A stretch of 64,000 nt of DNA. It comes from Microcoleus sp. (GTDB lineage Bacteria > Cyanobacteriota > Cyanobacteriia > Cyanobacteriales > Microcoleaceae). Below, piece after piece: positions 55,056 through 64,000 of this stretch; the stretch's first letter is position 1, and each line of letters opens with the position of its first letter. The stretch lies in NCBI GenBank assembly GCA_052279835.1, contig CP181291.1:3136001-3200000 (forward strand), given 5' to 3'. The translations under genes were made by a program, and so were the position numbers. Under the pieces are notes generated by a model. That model was not told the DNA's origin, did not search any database, and saw only the letters and a program-made list of their open reading frames with translations.

Positions 55056-55444
55056 ATTCACCTATATCATCATAGAGGAAAGGTTTTTGTTGCTCTATAG
55101 AACCTATCGAGAACTGTCTGTGTTACAGTTGAGGGTCTACTTATTGCCGGTACGCAGAGGGAATATTCCTTCTAAGACCCAAGCGTTACTTCAGGTCGAG
55201 CTTACCTGACTTTTGATCAAAACATTACATGGAATTGTCGTGTCAAACTGTATAGAGCTTGATCTTTTAAGATTTGGGCGATCGCACAGTGGACAGCAAA
55301 CTGATTTATCCCATGCCAATGTTAAGTTATCTTAACACAAGCATGGCGTTGTGGGGGAAATCGATCGCGCAGCAGCAGAGTCCTGGGGAAGCGGATGCAG
55401 GTTAACCTAATCTAAAAGATAGTTTTATAGAGAAGTTGTGCCAG

Positions 55445-56695
55445 ATGTACACCCAAAACGAAATGCAGTGGGTCAGCGCTTTATCCACCCGTCCCTCTTT
55501 AGAATCTGCCCTCAAAGAAGTTATAGAACAAGCCGATCGACTCTTAGAAGGCCCAGCAGATTTGGGGCTGATATTTATCTCCTCTGCCTTTGCCAGCGAA
55601 TATTCTCGGTTGATGCCTTTACTCCAAGAATTACTGCCGATTCCTGCTGTAATTGGCTGTGGTGGGGGAGGGGTAATTGGCACTGGTCTAGACGGTTTTA
55701 CGGAAGAAATAGAGGGTTCTCCAGCGGTTAGTTTGAGTCTGGCACGCTTGCCAGGAGTGAAAGTTAGGACTTTTCACGTCGCAGCCGAACAAATGCCGGA
55801 CTTAGATAGTCCTCCCCATACTTGGGTGGATCTGTTGGGTGTGCCAGCCCAGGAGGAACCGCAGTTTATCATCTTAGGCGATCCGTTTTCGTCAAAAATT
55901 AACGATTTGCTGCAAGGGCTAGATTATGCCTATCCCGGCGCGCCGAAGGTAGGGGGACTGGCTGGTGGGGACGGTACTAGGGGTGTGGCGCTGTTCTGCA
56001 ACTATCGGCTTTACCGAGAAGGGACGGTTGGGGTGGCTTTGAGTGGGAATATAGTTTTGGAAACGATTGTCGCTCAAGGCTGTAGACCGATCGGGCGTCC
56101 GTATCGGGTGACGGAAGGGGAACGCAATATTTTACTCAAACTCGAAGAACAAACTGACGATACAGGCTTCGGGGGGACGGAGCGATCGCCCTTAGAAGCT
56201 TTGCGAGAGTTGGTGCAAACTTTGAGTGAGGAAGACAGAGAGTTAGCTCAACACTCGCTGTTTGTGGGGGTAGTCAGCGATGAATTCAAGCTGGTACTAG
56301 AGCCTGGAGATTTTTTAATCCGAAATTTGTTGGGAGTAGACCCCAAAGTGGGAGCTATTGCCATCGGCGATCGAGTCCGTCTCGGACAGCGCATCCAATT
56401 TCACCTGCGGGATGCCCGCACCTCCGCAGAAGACCTAGAAATGCTGCTCGATCGGTATCAGCGATCGGCCGAGTACAACGGTACATCCAGTGCAGGCGCT
56501 TTGATGTTCTCTTGTCTAGGGCGCGGTGAAGGGCTTTACGGCGAGCCCAACTTTGACTCCCGACTATTCGGCCGATACCTCAACAACATTCCCCTGAGTG
56601 GCTTTTTCTGCAACGGTGAAATTGGCCCCGTCGGCGGGAGCACTTTTCTGCACGGCTACACTTCCGTATTTGGGATTTGCCGTCAAAATTCCTAA
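55445..56695 (+). CDS. FIST N/C-domain sensory protein
   Basis: 'MQWVSALSTRPSLE', 'GCGGGGVIG', 'VGGLAG', 'VAQGCRPIG', 'LMFSCLGRG', 'GFFCNGEIGP', 'LHGYT'. Confidence 0.9.
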   Translation: MYTQNEMQWVSALSTRPSLESALKEVIEQADRLLEGPADLGLIFISSAFASEYSRLMPLLQELLPIPAVIGCGGGGVIGTGLDGFTEEIEGSPAVSLSLARLPGVKVRTFHVAAEQMPDLDSPPHTWVDLLGVPAQEEPQFIILGDPFSSKINDLLQGLDYAYPGAPKVGGLAGGDGTRGVALFCNYRLYREGTVGVALSGNIVLETIVAQGCRPIGRPYRVTEGERNILLKLEEQTDDTGFGGTERSPLEALRELVQTLSEEDRELAQHSLFVGVVSDEFKLVLEPGDFLIRNLLGVDPKVGAIAIGDRVRLGQRIQFHLRDARTSAEDLEMLLDRYQRSAEYNGTSSAGALMFSCLGRGEGLYGEPNFDSRLFGRYLNNIPLSGFFCNGEIGPVGGSTFLHGYTSVFGICRQNS

Positions 56696-56715
56696 TTGCT
56701 TGAGGGTTGACTCAT

Positions 56716-56749
56716 AACTAAAAGCGACAGTCGCCTGCCGCTTTTAGTT
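56716..56749. terminator. probable bidirectional intrinsic terminator
   Basis: AACTAAAAGCG...CGCTTTTAGTT inverted repeat with A/T tracts, between convergent genes. Confidence 0.7.
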
Positions 56750-56775
56750 TGATTTCAACTAGATCTCTGGAAACC

Positions 56776-58773
56776 TTAGAAGCTAAAGGTTGTCCGCAGG
56801 ACTCCTACCCAGATATCGTCGTTTTTATTGTTGTGTTCGGGATTCAGAATCACGTAAACACCTGGTGTGACAGAAATAAAGTCATTGACTTGGAAGCGAT
56901 AGAAACCCTCTAGGTGATAAGAAGTGTTCTTGTCTTTGGCGACATCGCTAGAAGTAACTTTTGGCGGTACACCGAAGATAAAACCCAGCAAGTTCCCTTG
57001 GCGACCCAAGTCGGGAAAGGCTACAGTGATTGCACCATTTTGGATAGTCGCGTCTCTGTTGGAGTTCCGTAGTTGTTCGGCCTTGGAGTAACCGTACCAG
57101 CCACCAATTTGAAAGCGGCTGCTGGGTTTAAAGTTAACTTGTACACCAAAGTTATCAGATCCAGTGGCTGCTTGACCGAAGGGTCGGTTAGCCAAGGAAC
57201 TGCCGGTGCTGCCCATGATACCGACATCGCCCGATCGATTGTATTTGCGAGTGTAGGTGACACCGACATCAAATGCTTTGCCTAGAGAGGCATTGAGCTG
57301 ACCGATCGCGCTAAAGGAACCATCGAAAACACCTCTGCCATTAGCAGGGTTGGGAGCGTCGCCATCGGAAGCAAGATATGCTGCTGTGGCTCTGACTGCG
57401 CCGAAGTTGTATTTGACAGCAGCACCTGCTCCTTCGGGGCCGCGGAATACTGCTGGGTTGTAACGTCCAAAGGCGGAGAGAGCACCAGTGGCGCTAGCTT
57501 CCAAGGGAGAAGTCAGTTCGGCAACATCATCGAGCCGCAGTCCTTTGGGACCGAACCAGACTGTAGCGTTGCCTAGGGGGAAGCGGTACCACGCTTGGTC
57601 CAAAGAGAATTGGCTGCCATCTTCGCCTGCGATCGCCAGGCGAGTCATGTTCGTACCCGTCGTAGTAGCAGTACCGTAGTTTGGTATATTTCTCGCTTGC
57701 AAGCGGGTTCTGAGCAAGTCCTTGCCGGTGAAGCTGGTGTTGAAGTTCAACCGTACCCGGTAGCCCAGAGTGGTGGATGTTTTGTCGTCGTGAAGGCGGA
57801 TACCATCTCCGAAGGTGTCGCTGGCGAGAAAAACGACTTCTCCACCCAATTTGGTGGTTGTGGAGAACTGGTTAGCTTCGAGTTCGGCAGTGCGAGCTTC
57901 TAGAGCGTCTACTCTGCCGCGGAGGGTAGCCAGTTCGGCTGCAAATTCTTCTTGCAGGCGTTGCAGAACTCCTAAGTCTTCTTTGGTGACGAAGGTAGAT
58001 GTGGAGGAGCTAATTAGCTTAGTTACTTGGTCTAAGCAGGCGTTGAGGCCGGCTGCAAATTCGTAGCGTGTCAGGGCACGGTTGCCGCGGTAGGTACCAT
58101 CGGGATAACCTGCGATACAACCGTAGCGTTCGACTAGGGATTGCAGGGCTTGGAATGCCCAGTCCGTCGGCCGCACGTCGGACAGTTGCGATACCGATGT
58201 CACTTGGGACATGGCTCCTGACTGTTCTGTGGGTTGGGCTTGGGGAGCCACTGGGACGATCGGGTTGCTCAGTTGTGCCGGGGCAGTCTGAGCAACTTCT
58301 ACCTTAGCTGCTGGGGCGGAGGTTGGCAGTTTAGCGTTTTCGATCGCTGGATTCAGACTGGTTGGCACTGCCAAGTCTGATGCTTGGGGCAATGCTGCTG
58401 TTACTGGTTGCTCTTTGGCAGCACTGGTATCTGGTTCGATTTTTGCCAGTTTTTCTGCTTCTGTGGAGTTAGCGCCGATCGCTGGTGCGATCGCGGGTTC
58501 AGAAGTTGTCGCTGCTGAATTTTGCTCTGTAACTGCTGAGCTGCTATTGATTGCCACAGTCTCGGAGGCAGCAGGGGCTGCTGCAACTGGTTCTGCAACT
58601 GGTTCTGTTACTAATGCTGCAATTTGTGACTCAGATGGCTGAGCTGTTGCTAGCTGGTCGGCGACCGCAGTTGTGGTCGATTCTACAGCGAGGGCTGAGC
58701 CACAAGCCACTGTGGATAATCCCAGAATGGCCGGGGATACTAGCAGTAAATTCCAAAAAGTTCTATTCATCAT
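56776..58773 (-). CDS. cyanobacterial outer-membrane porin with SLH domain (OprB/SomA-like)
   Basis: Signal peptide, Ala/Pro/Ser-rich extension, 'QVTSVSQLSDVRPTDWAFQALQSLVERYGCIAGYPDGTYRGNRALTRYEFAAGLNAC', 'QFSTTTKL', terminal 'LRTTFSF'. Confidence 0.95.
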   Translation of the reverse strand: MMNRTFWNLLLVSPAILGLSTVACGSALAVESTTTAVADQLATAQPSESQIAALVTEPVAEPVAAAPAASETVAINSSSAVTEQNSAATTSEPAIAPAIGANSTEAEKLAKIEPDTSAAKEQPVTAALPQASDLAVPTSLNPAIENAKLPTSAPAAKVEVAQTAPAQLSNPIVPVAPQAQPTEQSGAMSQVTSVSQLSDVRPTDWAFQALQSLVERYGCIAGYPDGTYRGNRALTRYEFAAGLNACLDQVTKLISSSTSTFVTKEDLGVLQRLQEEFAAELATLRGRVDALEARTAELEANQFSTTTKLGGEVVFLASDTFGDGIRLHDDKTSTTLGYRVRLNFNTSFTGKDLLRTRLQARNIPNYGTATTTGTNMTRLAIAGEDGSQFSLDQAWYRFPLGNATVWFGPKGLRLDDVAELTSPLEASATGALSAFGRYNPAVFRGPEGAGAAVKYNFGAVRATAAYLASDGDAPNPANGRGVFDGSFSAIGQLNASLGKAFDVGVTYTRKYNRSGDVGIMGSTGSSLANRPFGQAATGSDNFGVQVNFKPSSRFQIGGWYGYSKAEQLRNSNRDATIQNGAITVAFPDLGRQGNLLGFIFGVPPKVTSSDVAKDKNTSYHLEGFYRFQVNDFISVTPGVYVILNPEHNNKNDDIWVGVLRTTFSF

Positions 58774-59428
58774 TCCTCACACCATCACACTCTATTTAAC
58801 TTTAGCAGCAAGTCCCAACTGCTTGTTTTTGCGGTTTCTGCCTGTTCACAATATATCTTTTACTGCTTGCGAGCCTATCTGTCAAGGTTTTTAACCTGAA
58901 TTTAAAGCTAGCTCCCTTGGGGACTGTTTTCTCGAATTATTCGAGAACCCTGGGTTCCAGGCACATAGATCCGCAAATGTTTTGTTACATTTCACACTTG
59001 ACAACTTATGAATTTTGTGATGTCTGTGTGAAATTTAGTATAATCTGCTCTATCGCAATACTTTAACACAATTTTTTCTCATATTTGCCAAAGGTATCTG
59101 CGGGAGTGTCTCCCACCTAAAATTTTTATTTTTGTGGGAGTCGAATCTCCCGCACCTCTGGGGGCTTTGGATCGAGTTCTACGATCGATTCTGTTGGGGA
59201 ATTATCAACAAATTATTTTTAATTCCCAACAGTATAAGCAATCTTAATAATTCCCATCCCCCGATCGCCCTGTTTGTGCATTTTTCCTAGGCTACTGAAT
59301 CCTTGTGTCCTGTGCTACCTGCCTGATATGTATAGCCGGAGGTTGCAGTATGATTGAGCAACATATGTTTGCACAGGAAAAACCACCTATATTGTGGCCA
59401 AACCTCGTAAGTACAAGAGTGAGGATTT

Positions 59429-60373
59429 ATGGAAGATTTCGGCATTATTATTGCCTGCTGCGACCAAGATTATCTGTTTGCTAAAGGTTGCTGTGCTAGT
59501 ATCAGATATTTCCTAGGAGATGTGCCGATTTGTCTGTTGATTGACGGCACATTTTCTGTCAGTGCCTTAGAAAATTCCTATGGAGTGAGAGTTATCGATC
59601 GCACCAAGGTGACGGAGGACGTGCTAAAGAACAGAAGTTTTGGCTGGGGCAAAACTAAGATGATTGCTTTCTGGGAAAGTCCTTGGTCAAATTTTCTGGT
59701 GTTAGATGCAGATACAATCGTTTGGGGCGATGTCCTCAAGTTTGCTAACTTTCAGGAATTTGATTTTATTATAGACCAACCTTGTCAGGAAAATTCCGAT
59801 GCCGATGTGGCGAAATTTTTCTTTGATCTTGGCGGTGTCGAGAAGTATTTCCCCAATTTTCACTGGCAACAATATCGAGCCAATTATTTCTGCACAGGTA
59901 CTTTCTTTGCTAAACGAAATGTTTTTAGCTTGGAGGAATACGTGGAAATTTTAGATTTTACCCAGGCACATCCGGGGATATTTAAGTACGGAGAAATGGG
60001 TTTTTTGAACTTTATGATTTTCCGGGCGGCCCAGGAAAAGAGGCTGCGGGTGCAGAATGTCGATATGCAGTTATTAATGCCGGATTTTGACCAAAATTTG
60101 CTGAAAAAGCAATTTCCGATCGCCGAAAATGGACCAGGGGGCGATCGCACCGCAGCAACGGTAATTCACTGGTGCGGGCCCAAACCAAGTTTATCTACAT
60201 CTAAAATTTACTCGGAACCGATGAATTTTTGTCGCCGCAAATGCCAGGAAGATGTCTGGAATCGCACTGGTTTGTCCGCAGAAATGTTTCTGCAATTTGA
60301 GGATTGGCAGCGATCGATCTATGTGTATAAGAATAAGTTTAAGAAGAAGTTTCGCGAATTAACAGCGAAGTAA
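59429..60373 (+). CDS. putative GT-A fold glycosyltransferase
   Basis: GAGG RBS; DxD motif 'FLVLDADTIV', 'FCTGTF', 'EMGFLNF', 'VIHWCGPKP'. Confidence 0.6.
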   Translation: MEDFGIIIACCDQDYLFAKGCCASIRYFLGDVPICLLIDGTFSVSALENSYGVRVIDRTKVTEDVLKNRSFGWGKTKMIAFWESPWSNFLVLDADTIVWGDVLKFANFQEFDFIIDQPCQENSDADVAKFFFDLGGVEKYFPNFHWQQYRANYFCTGTFFAKRNVFSLEEYVEILDFTQAHPGIFKYGEMGFLNFMIFRAAQEKRLRVQNVDMQLLMPDFDQNLLKKQFPIAENGPGGDRTAATVIHWCGPKPSLSTSKIYSEPMNFCRRKCQEDVWNRTGLSAEMFLQFEDWQRSIYVYKNKFKKKFRELTAK

Positions 60374-60375
60374 CT

Positions 60376-62472
60376 TTAATCATCCAGGGGTAAAGTTGGG
60401 CCCGATGGTGGTAAAACTTGGCGGTGAACCGTGATTTTGTCGCTTTCCCGCTGAGTTTGCATTTCGACGGCGATCGCCTCAAATTCGATTTCCATACAGC
60501 CGTAGGGAATTTCTAACTCTGCCGTTGCTTGGAGTTTCCCCAAACCGTTAGTTGTAAATTCGGTAATCCAGCGGGGCCCGTCCAGAATTACATAGGTTTG
60601 TCGATCGTACACCCAAATTTTCACAAAAATTCGTGGCATTAATTCCGGTAGTTCCACTCGGACTTTTACTAGCTTCCCTGGGATTATCTCTCTAGGAGGT
60701 TCGAGAACCGGCATTGGTACTAACTCGTCTGGGGACAAAACGTAGGGAGTTAAAGGATTTACTTCTGGTTCAACAACTTTTGTGGCTTTGGTTGTCGCCT
60801 GTTTCTGGGGATCGGGTGCTGGTTCATCAAAAATCACAAATTCTCTAGCTTCCCAGGTTGTAGGTGGGGGTGCGGAAATTTTAGATTCGCTGGTTTCCGG
60901 TGGCGGTGGTGTGGGAGTTTTATTTTCCACAATGGCTATTTCTTCCCTGCTATTTTCTGCGGAGGCTGCTGCGGGAGTAGGGCGGTGGGATGTTGCTTTC
61001 AGCCATTCCGGGGATTCACCGCTGGTGACGAAGGAACTCAGTCGCGACCAAAATCGATTTTCGACCTTTAAGGTTTGAAATGCTTCTTTTGTGGGTGCTA
61101 CTTCAGGTTCTGATGTTGTGGTTTGTGGTTGGGGACTGTTTTCAACTTTTTGGTCGATTGCTGTATTTGCGGCTTTTTCCAGGGCCTGTTTGATTTCTGG
61201 AGGTTGGGTTGGGGAGTCTAATTTCGGTTCTGGTGGTTGAGTTGCTGTTTGGGTGTCCGGGGTTGGGTCGGTTTGAGCATCCTTGGCAATTTCTGATAGC
61301 AGTCTTTCTCGGTTGCTGTCGGGAATTTTGCGACCAAATCCTGGTAATTCTAATTTTTTGCTAGCACTTTTCTCCTGACGGTTGTTGAGTTTTGGGGGTA
61401 AATTTTCATGGGTTTCCTCGGTTGCTGTCTGTGAAGTATCCGCTGTTTTTTCAACTAGCTTCAGGAGAGATAGATTTGGTGCTATCGAAGTAGGTTTTGA
61501 GCTGATGAGGGAGGGTTCGGGTTTCTGTGTTTGTGGTGCGCCGAAATCCTCTTTGATGACATCGAGAAGCTGTTCTAAACGGGCTGTAATTGTGAAAAAT
61601 TGGGTGGCTAGGGATACATTGTCAATGCTCAGAATTGCTTCTCCTAAAATTAGTCGGCTTTTGCAATCGGCTGGAATATAGGTGACGCAGCCAAAGATAC
61701 AAGGGGGCTCTTGTTCTGGCATCGGCTGTTGGATTTCTGCTAGAACTTGTGAGGTTTGGGGATCGCGTAGGTAGATTTGTAGTTGCGCTGAACCGATGAG
61801 TTTTTTGATTTCTGCGGTTTGGGATTCGGGGATTGGTGTGGCGCTTTTGCTGGGGCTTTTGGGGGGTTGGGGAAGGTCGATTTTGCCGGAAATGATTAAG
61901 GGGCGACCTAGTTGGGTGACGAAGGTTTCTCGATCGAGGATGATTTGCAGGTTGTAGGGAGATTTTGGCCCAGATGCTTGGGGAATCGGGAATTGGTAAA
62001 TTTTAGCGGGTTCTGGTTCTGGGGTTGGTGTGGCGACATCGGCTGCTGCTGCGAGTTCTGAGTCTGTTGGGGAACTGCTGGCTTCTGTGGGGTCGATCGC
62101 TTCTAGCGGTTCGGAGGTTTCCGATTCTGCGTGCAATACTTCTAACTGAACGCCGTATTGCCAAGGTTTCGCTGGTTTTGATTCTGGATCTGCCAAGCAG
62201 GAAAGTTCCCACTTGCCTGGTTTTAGCCTGGTGTAGGGAATGATGACTACTAATCCTTCTGAATTGGTGCGAGTCGATCGACTTTGGACTTGTCGCTGTG
62301 GTGGTACTTGATCTAGTGATGTGTAGCTAACGCGAATTTCGATGTCGGTGTTGGGGTGTGGCACCCGCGCCACGACGCGATACCTACCTTCTAGAATTTC
62401 CACGTCGGCGGTTTCTAGGGGCAACCAGGCGCGATCGCCTTCTTTCTGTAGCAAAAACTCTAATTTTTTCAT
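60376..62472 (-). CDS. hypothetical protein with beta-rich terminal domains and Pro/Glu/Thr-rich linkers
   Basis: 698-aa ORF with a GGGA purine tract upstream; no catalytic motif recognised. Confidence 0.75.
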   Translation of the reverse strand: MKKLEFLLQKEGDRAWLPLETADVEILEGRYRVVARVPHPNTDIEIRVSYTSLDQVPPQRQVQSRSTRTNSEGLVVIIPYTRLKPGKWELSCLADPESKPAKPWQYGVQLEVLHAESETSEPLEAIDPTEASSSPTDSELAAAADVATPTPEPEPAKIYQFPIPQASGPKSPYNLQIILDRETFVTQLGRPLIISGKIDLPQPPKSPSKSATPIPESQTAEIKKLIGSAQLQIYLRDPQTSQVLAEIQQPMPEQEPPCIFGCVTYIPADCKSRLILGEAILSIDNVSLATQFFTITARLEQLLDVIKEDFGAPQTQKPEPSLISSKPTSIAPNLSLLKLVEKTADTSQTATEETHENLPPKLNNRQEKSASKKLELPGFGRKIPDSNRERLLSEIAKDAQTDPTPDTQTATQPPEPKLDSPTQPPEIKQALEKAANTAIDQKVENSPQPQTTTSEPEVAPTKEAFQTLKVENRFWSRLSSFVTSGESPEWLKATSHRPTPAAASAENSREEIAIVENKTPTPPPPETSESKISAPPPTTWEAREFVIFDEPAPDPQKQATTKATKVVEPEVNPLTPYVLSPDELVPMPVLEPPREIIPGKLVKVRVELPELMPRIFVKIWVYDRQTYVILDGPRWITEFTTNGLGKLQATAELEIPYGCMEIEFEAIAVEMQTQRESDKITVHRQVLPPSGPTLPLDD

Positions 62473-62645
62473 AATTTTTTTTCCCTTGGAGATCTCCGCT
62501 TTCTTCCTTCAAGGTTCGCGGTGGGTTATTTCAGGACAGCTACAGGCATTGATTTAATCTATGTTTTACACTTTAATGCAAAATCGGTACGGCTGGTTAT
62601 TCTTTCCATCCCAAATCCCAAATCCACAATCTCAAATCTGCCCAG

Positions 62646-64000
62646 TCACCAAGGACTGCCGATGATGCTGAAAGCTGCCCAATAGTATGGATGGGATAAA
62701 TTTTTGCTATCGATTTGCGGAATAGACAAGGGCAACAATGTTTCCCCTCTGGAACTTCGCAGTTGACCGTTTTCGATGGTGACTTTACCTTGAATCGCAG
62801 CTATTTGTGCTTGTCGCATCGCTTCGGCTTTAATGATGGGAGGATCTTTTGGTTTGCTGACTTTTAATTGCTGGTAAAACTCGGTCATTAGCGCTAGGGT
62901 GCCGGCATCACTGACGTACCATAAGCTAGCCAGGGCTGATTTTGCTCCTGATTGCAGCGCTAACCCAGCAAATCCTAGTTCTGCTTCTTTGTCTCCTATG
63001 GCTGTTCTACAGGCACTTAATACCAATAGTTCTAGGGGCGGATTATTCCATTTTAAATCTCTCATTTGATCCAGTCCCAGTTGAGTATCCCAAAATTGAA
63101 TATAGGAGTTTTTGGGAGCTCCAGACCTGAATTCTGCATGGGTGGCGAGATGGATAATGCCGTATCTTTTTTGCAGTCGCTGAGATTGCAAATTAACTAT
63201 GGTGAAGTCTTCGTTGAGAAATGATTGACCAGGCCACTGTTGGGCGATCGCCCTTAATTCAAAAGGGACTGCTGGTAGGGGTTCTTTGTTGGATGTTTCC
63301 GAAAAAATTGCTGCCCCCATTGCGAGGACTTGGGTGTTTCTGAGGTCGGCGTAATTAATGTCTGTGAATTTGAAGGCGGGAATCCTGGCGATGCTATATT
63401 TTTGGATCAAAAATTGCTGTCCGTCGTGCATTGCTGCTAACGGTAAAGTCCGCAAACCTTCGCCCACACAGAATAGTAGGGTTTCAATTTTTGCTGTTTG
63501 TAACTCTGTTTCTAAAGGGGCTACGATCCATTTATATAGTTTTTGTGCTGGTTCTAAATAGCTGGTAGTGTTGATTTTTCTGGGGTTGGTAATTTCGCTG
63601 CTGAATTCTTGGGCTACTTGCCTTAAGTTTTTGAGTTGTGCTTCGGGTACGCTGCGGAGGATGGGCGCGCGATCGGGCAAGATTAATATGAGTTCTAGTT
63701 GGTCAGTGCGCGGTATCGCATAAATTAAAGCTGGTTTTTTCTGGGTTTTAACTGCGAGGCGAGATAGAGTGTTGGCTATTTGTTTGGCTGTTTTCGATCT
63801 CGCCCCAAAGTTTTCTGTCAAGTATTTTTGATAGTCTTCTTCCCAGTCTTCTTCGATTCTGGTAACAGCTTCGCCGAGGTTGCCTTCGTCGAGGAGTTTT
63901 CTCATTTCTTGGCCATTCAGTCCCCCTGTGACTTTGGGCTGGGCCAGGGTGCCAATATTAGCTGTACTCCACCAGAAAAATAGGAATATTAAACAGTAAA
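62646..64000 (-). CDS. CHAT-domain protein; start lies beyond the window
   Basis: Frame is open from 63905 to the window edge (YCLIFLFFWWSTANIGTLAQPK..., signal-peptide-like); 'IHLATHAEF', '[11 protein letters not shown]', 'HPYYWAAFSIIGSPW'. Confidence 0.9.
   Translation of the reverse strand, partial: YCLIFLFFWWSTANIGTLAQPKVTGGLNGQEMRKLLDEGNLGEAVTRIEEDWEEDYQKYLTENFGARSKTAKQIANTLSRLAVKTQKKPALIYAIPRTDQLELILILPDRAPILRSVPEAQLKNLRQVAQEFSSEITNPRKINTTSYLEPAQKLYKWIVAPLETELQTAKIETLLFCVGEGLRTLPLAAMHDGQQFLIQKYSIARIPAFKFTDINYADLRNTQVLAMGAAIFSETSNKEPLPAVPFELRAIAQQWPGQSFLNEDFTIVNLQSQRLQKRYGIIHLATHAEFRSGAPKNSYIQFWDTQLGLDQMRDLKWNNPPLELLVLSACRTAIGDKEAELGFAGLALQSGAKSALASLWYVSDAGTLALMTEFYQQLKVSKPKDPPIIKAEAMRQAQIAAIQGKVTIENGQLRSSRGETLLPLSIPQIDSKNLSHPYYWAAFSIIGSPW

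Noticed and set aside
58978..59035. CRP/NtcA-like sites (TTTGT-N6-TCACA; TGTGA) upstream of the porin
   Set aside because: Only partial matches in AT-rich DNA; not supportable without footprinting or conservation.

Overview
Chromosomal segment of a cyanobacterium, most likely a filamentous Oscillatoriales/Microcoleus-like strain. This is inferred from very frequent HIP1 GCGATCGC octamers, heptameric STRR-type repeats, CP12, an SLH porin and a PatA-type regulator. Most genes are housekeeping or typical cyanobacterial: gltB, iscA-family, truB, yidD, ligA, atpD-atpC and cp12. There are also large signalling proteins (a four-kinase cluster including a LOV-containing 2153-aa kinase, and a hybrid kinase-adenylate cyclase), glycosyltransferases, and two CHAT-domain proteins, one a 2.9-kaa haemagglutinin-like TpsA. 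The most unusual part is the first 2 kb. An HUH/Y1 REP-associated tyrosine transposase sits between two tandem arrays built from 16 copies of a 15-bp palindrome arranged as inverted pairs with conserved spacing, next to a Pepco-like gene and a caspase-like gene, directly downstream of gltB. Other notable small-scale features are a palindromic mini-element inserted in frame next to the catalytic motif of ligA, an orphan IS200/IS605-type end with two look-alike hairpins, and a 25-copy 14-bp array between atpD and atpC that runs into the atpC ribosome-binding site. No rRNA, tRNA or CRISPR array was recognised. All family assignments are by eye from motifs; no database search was run.
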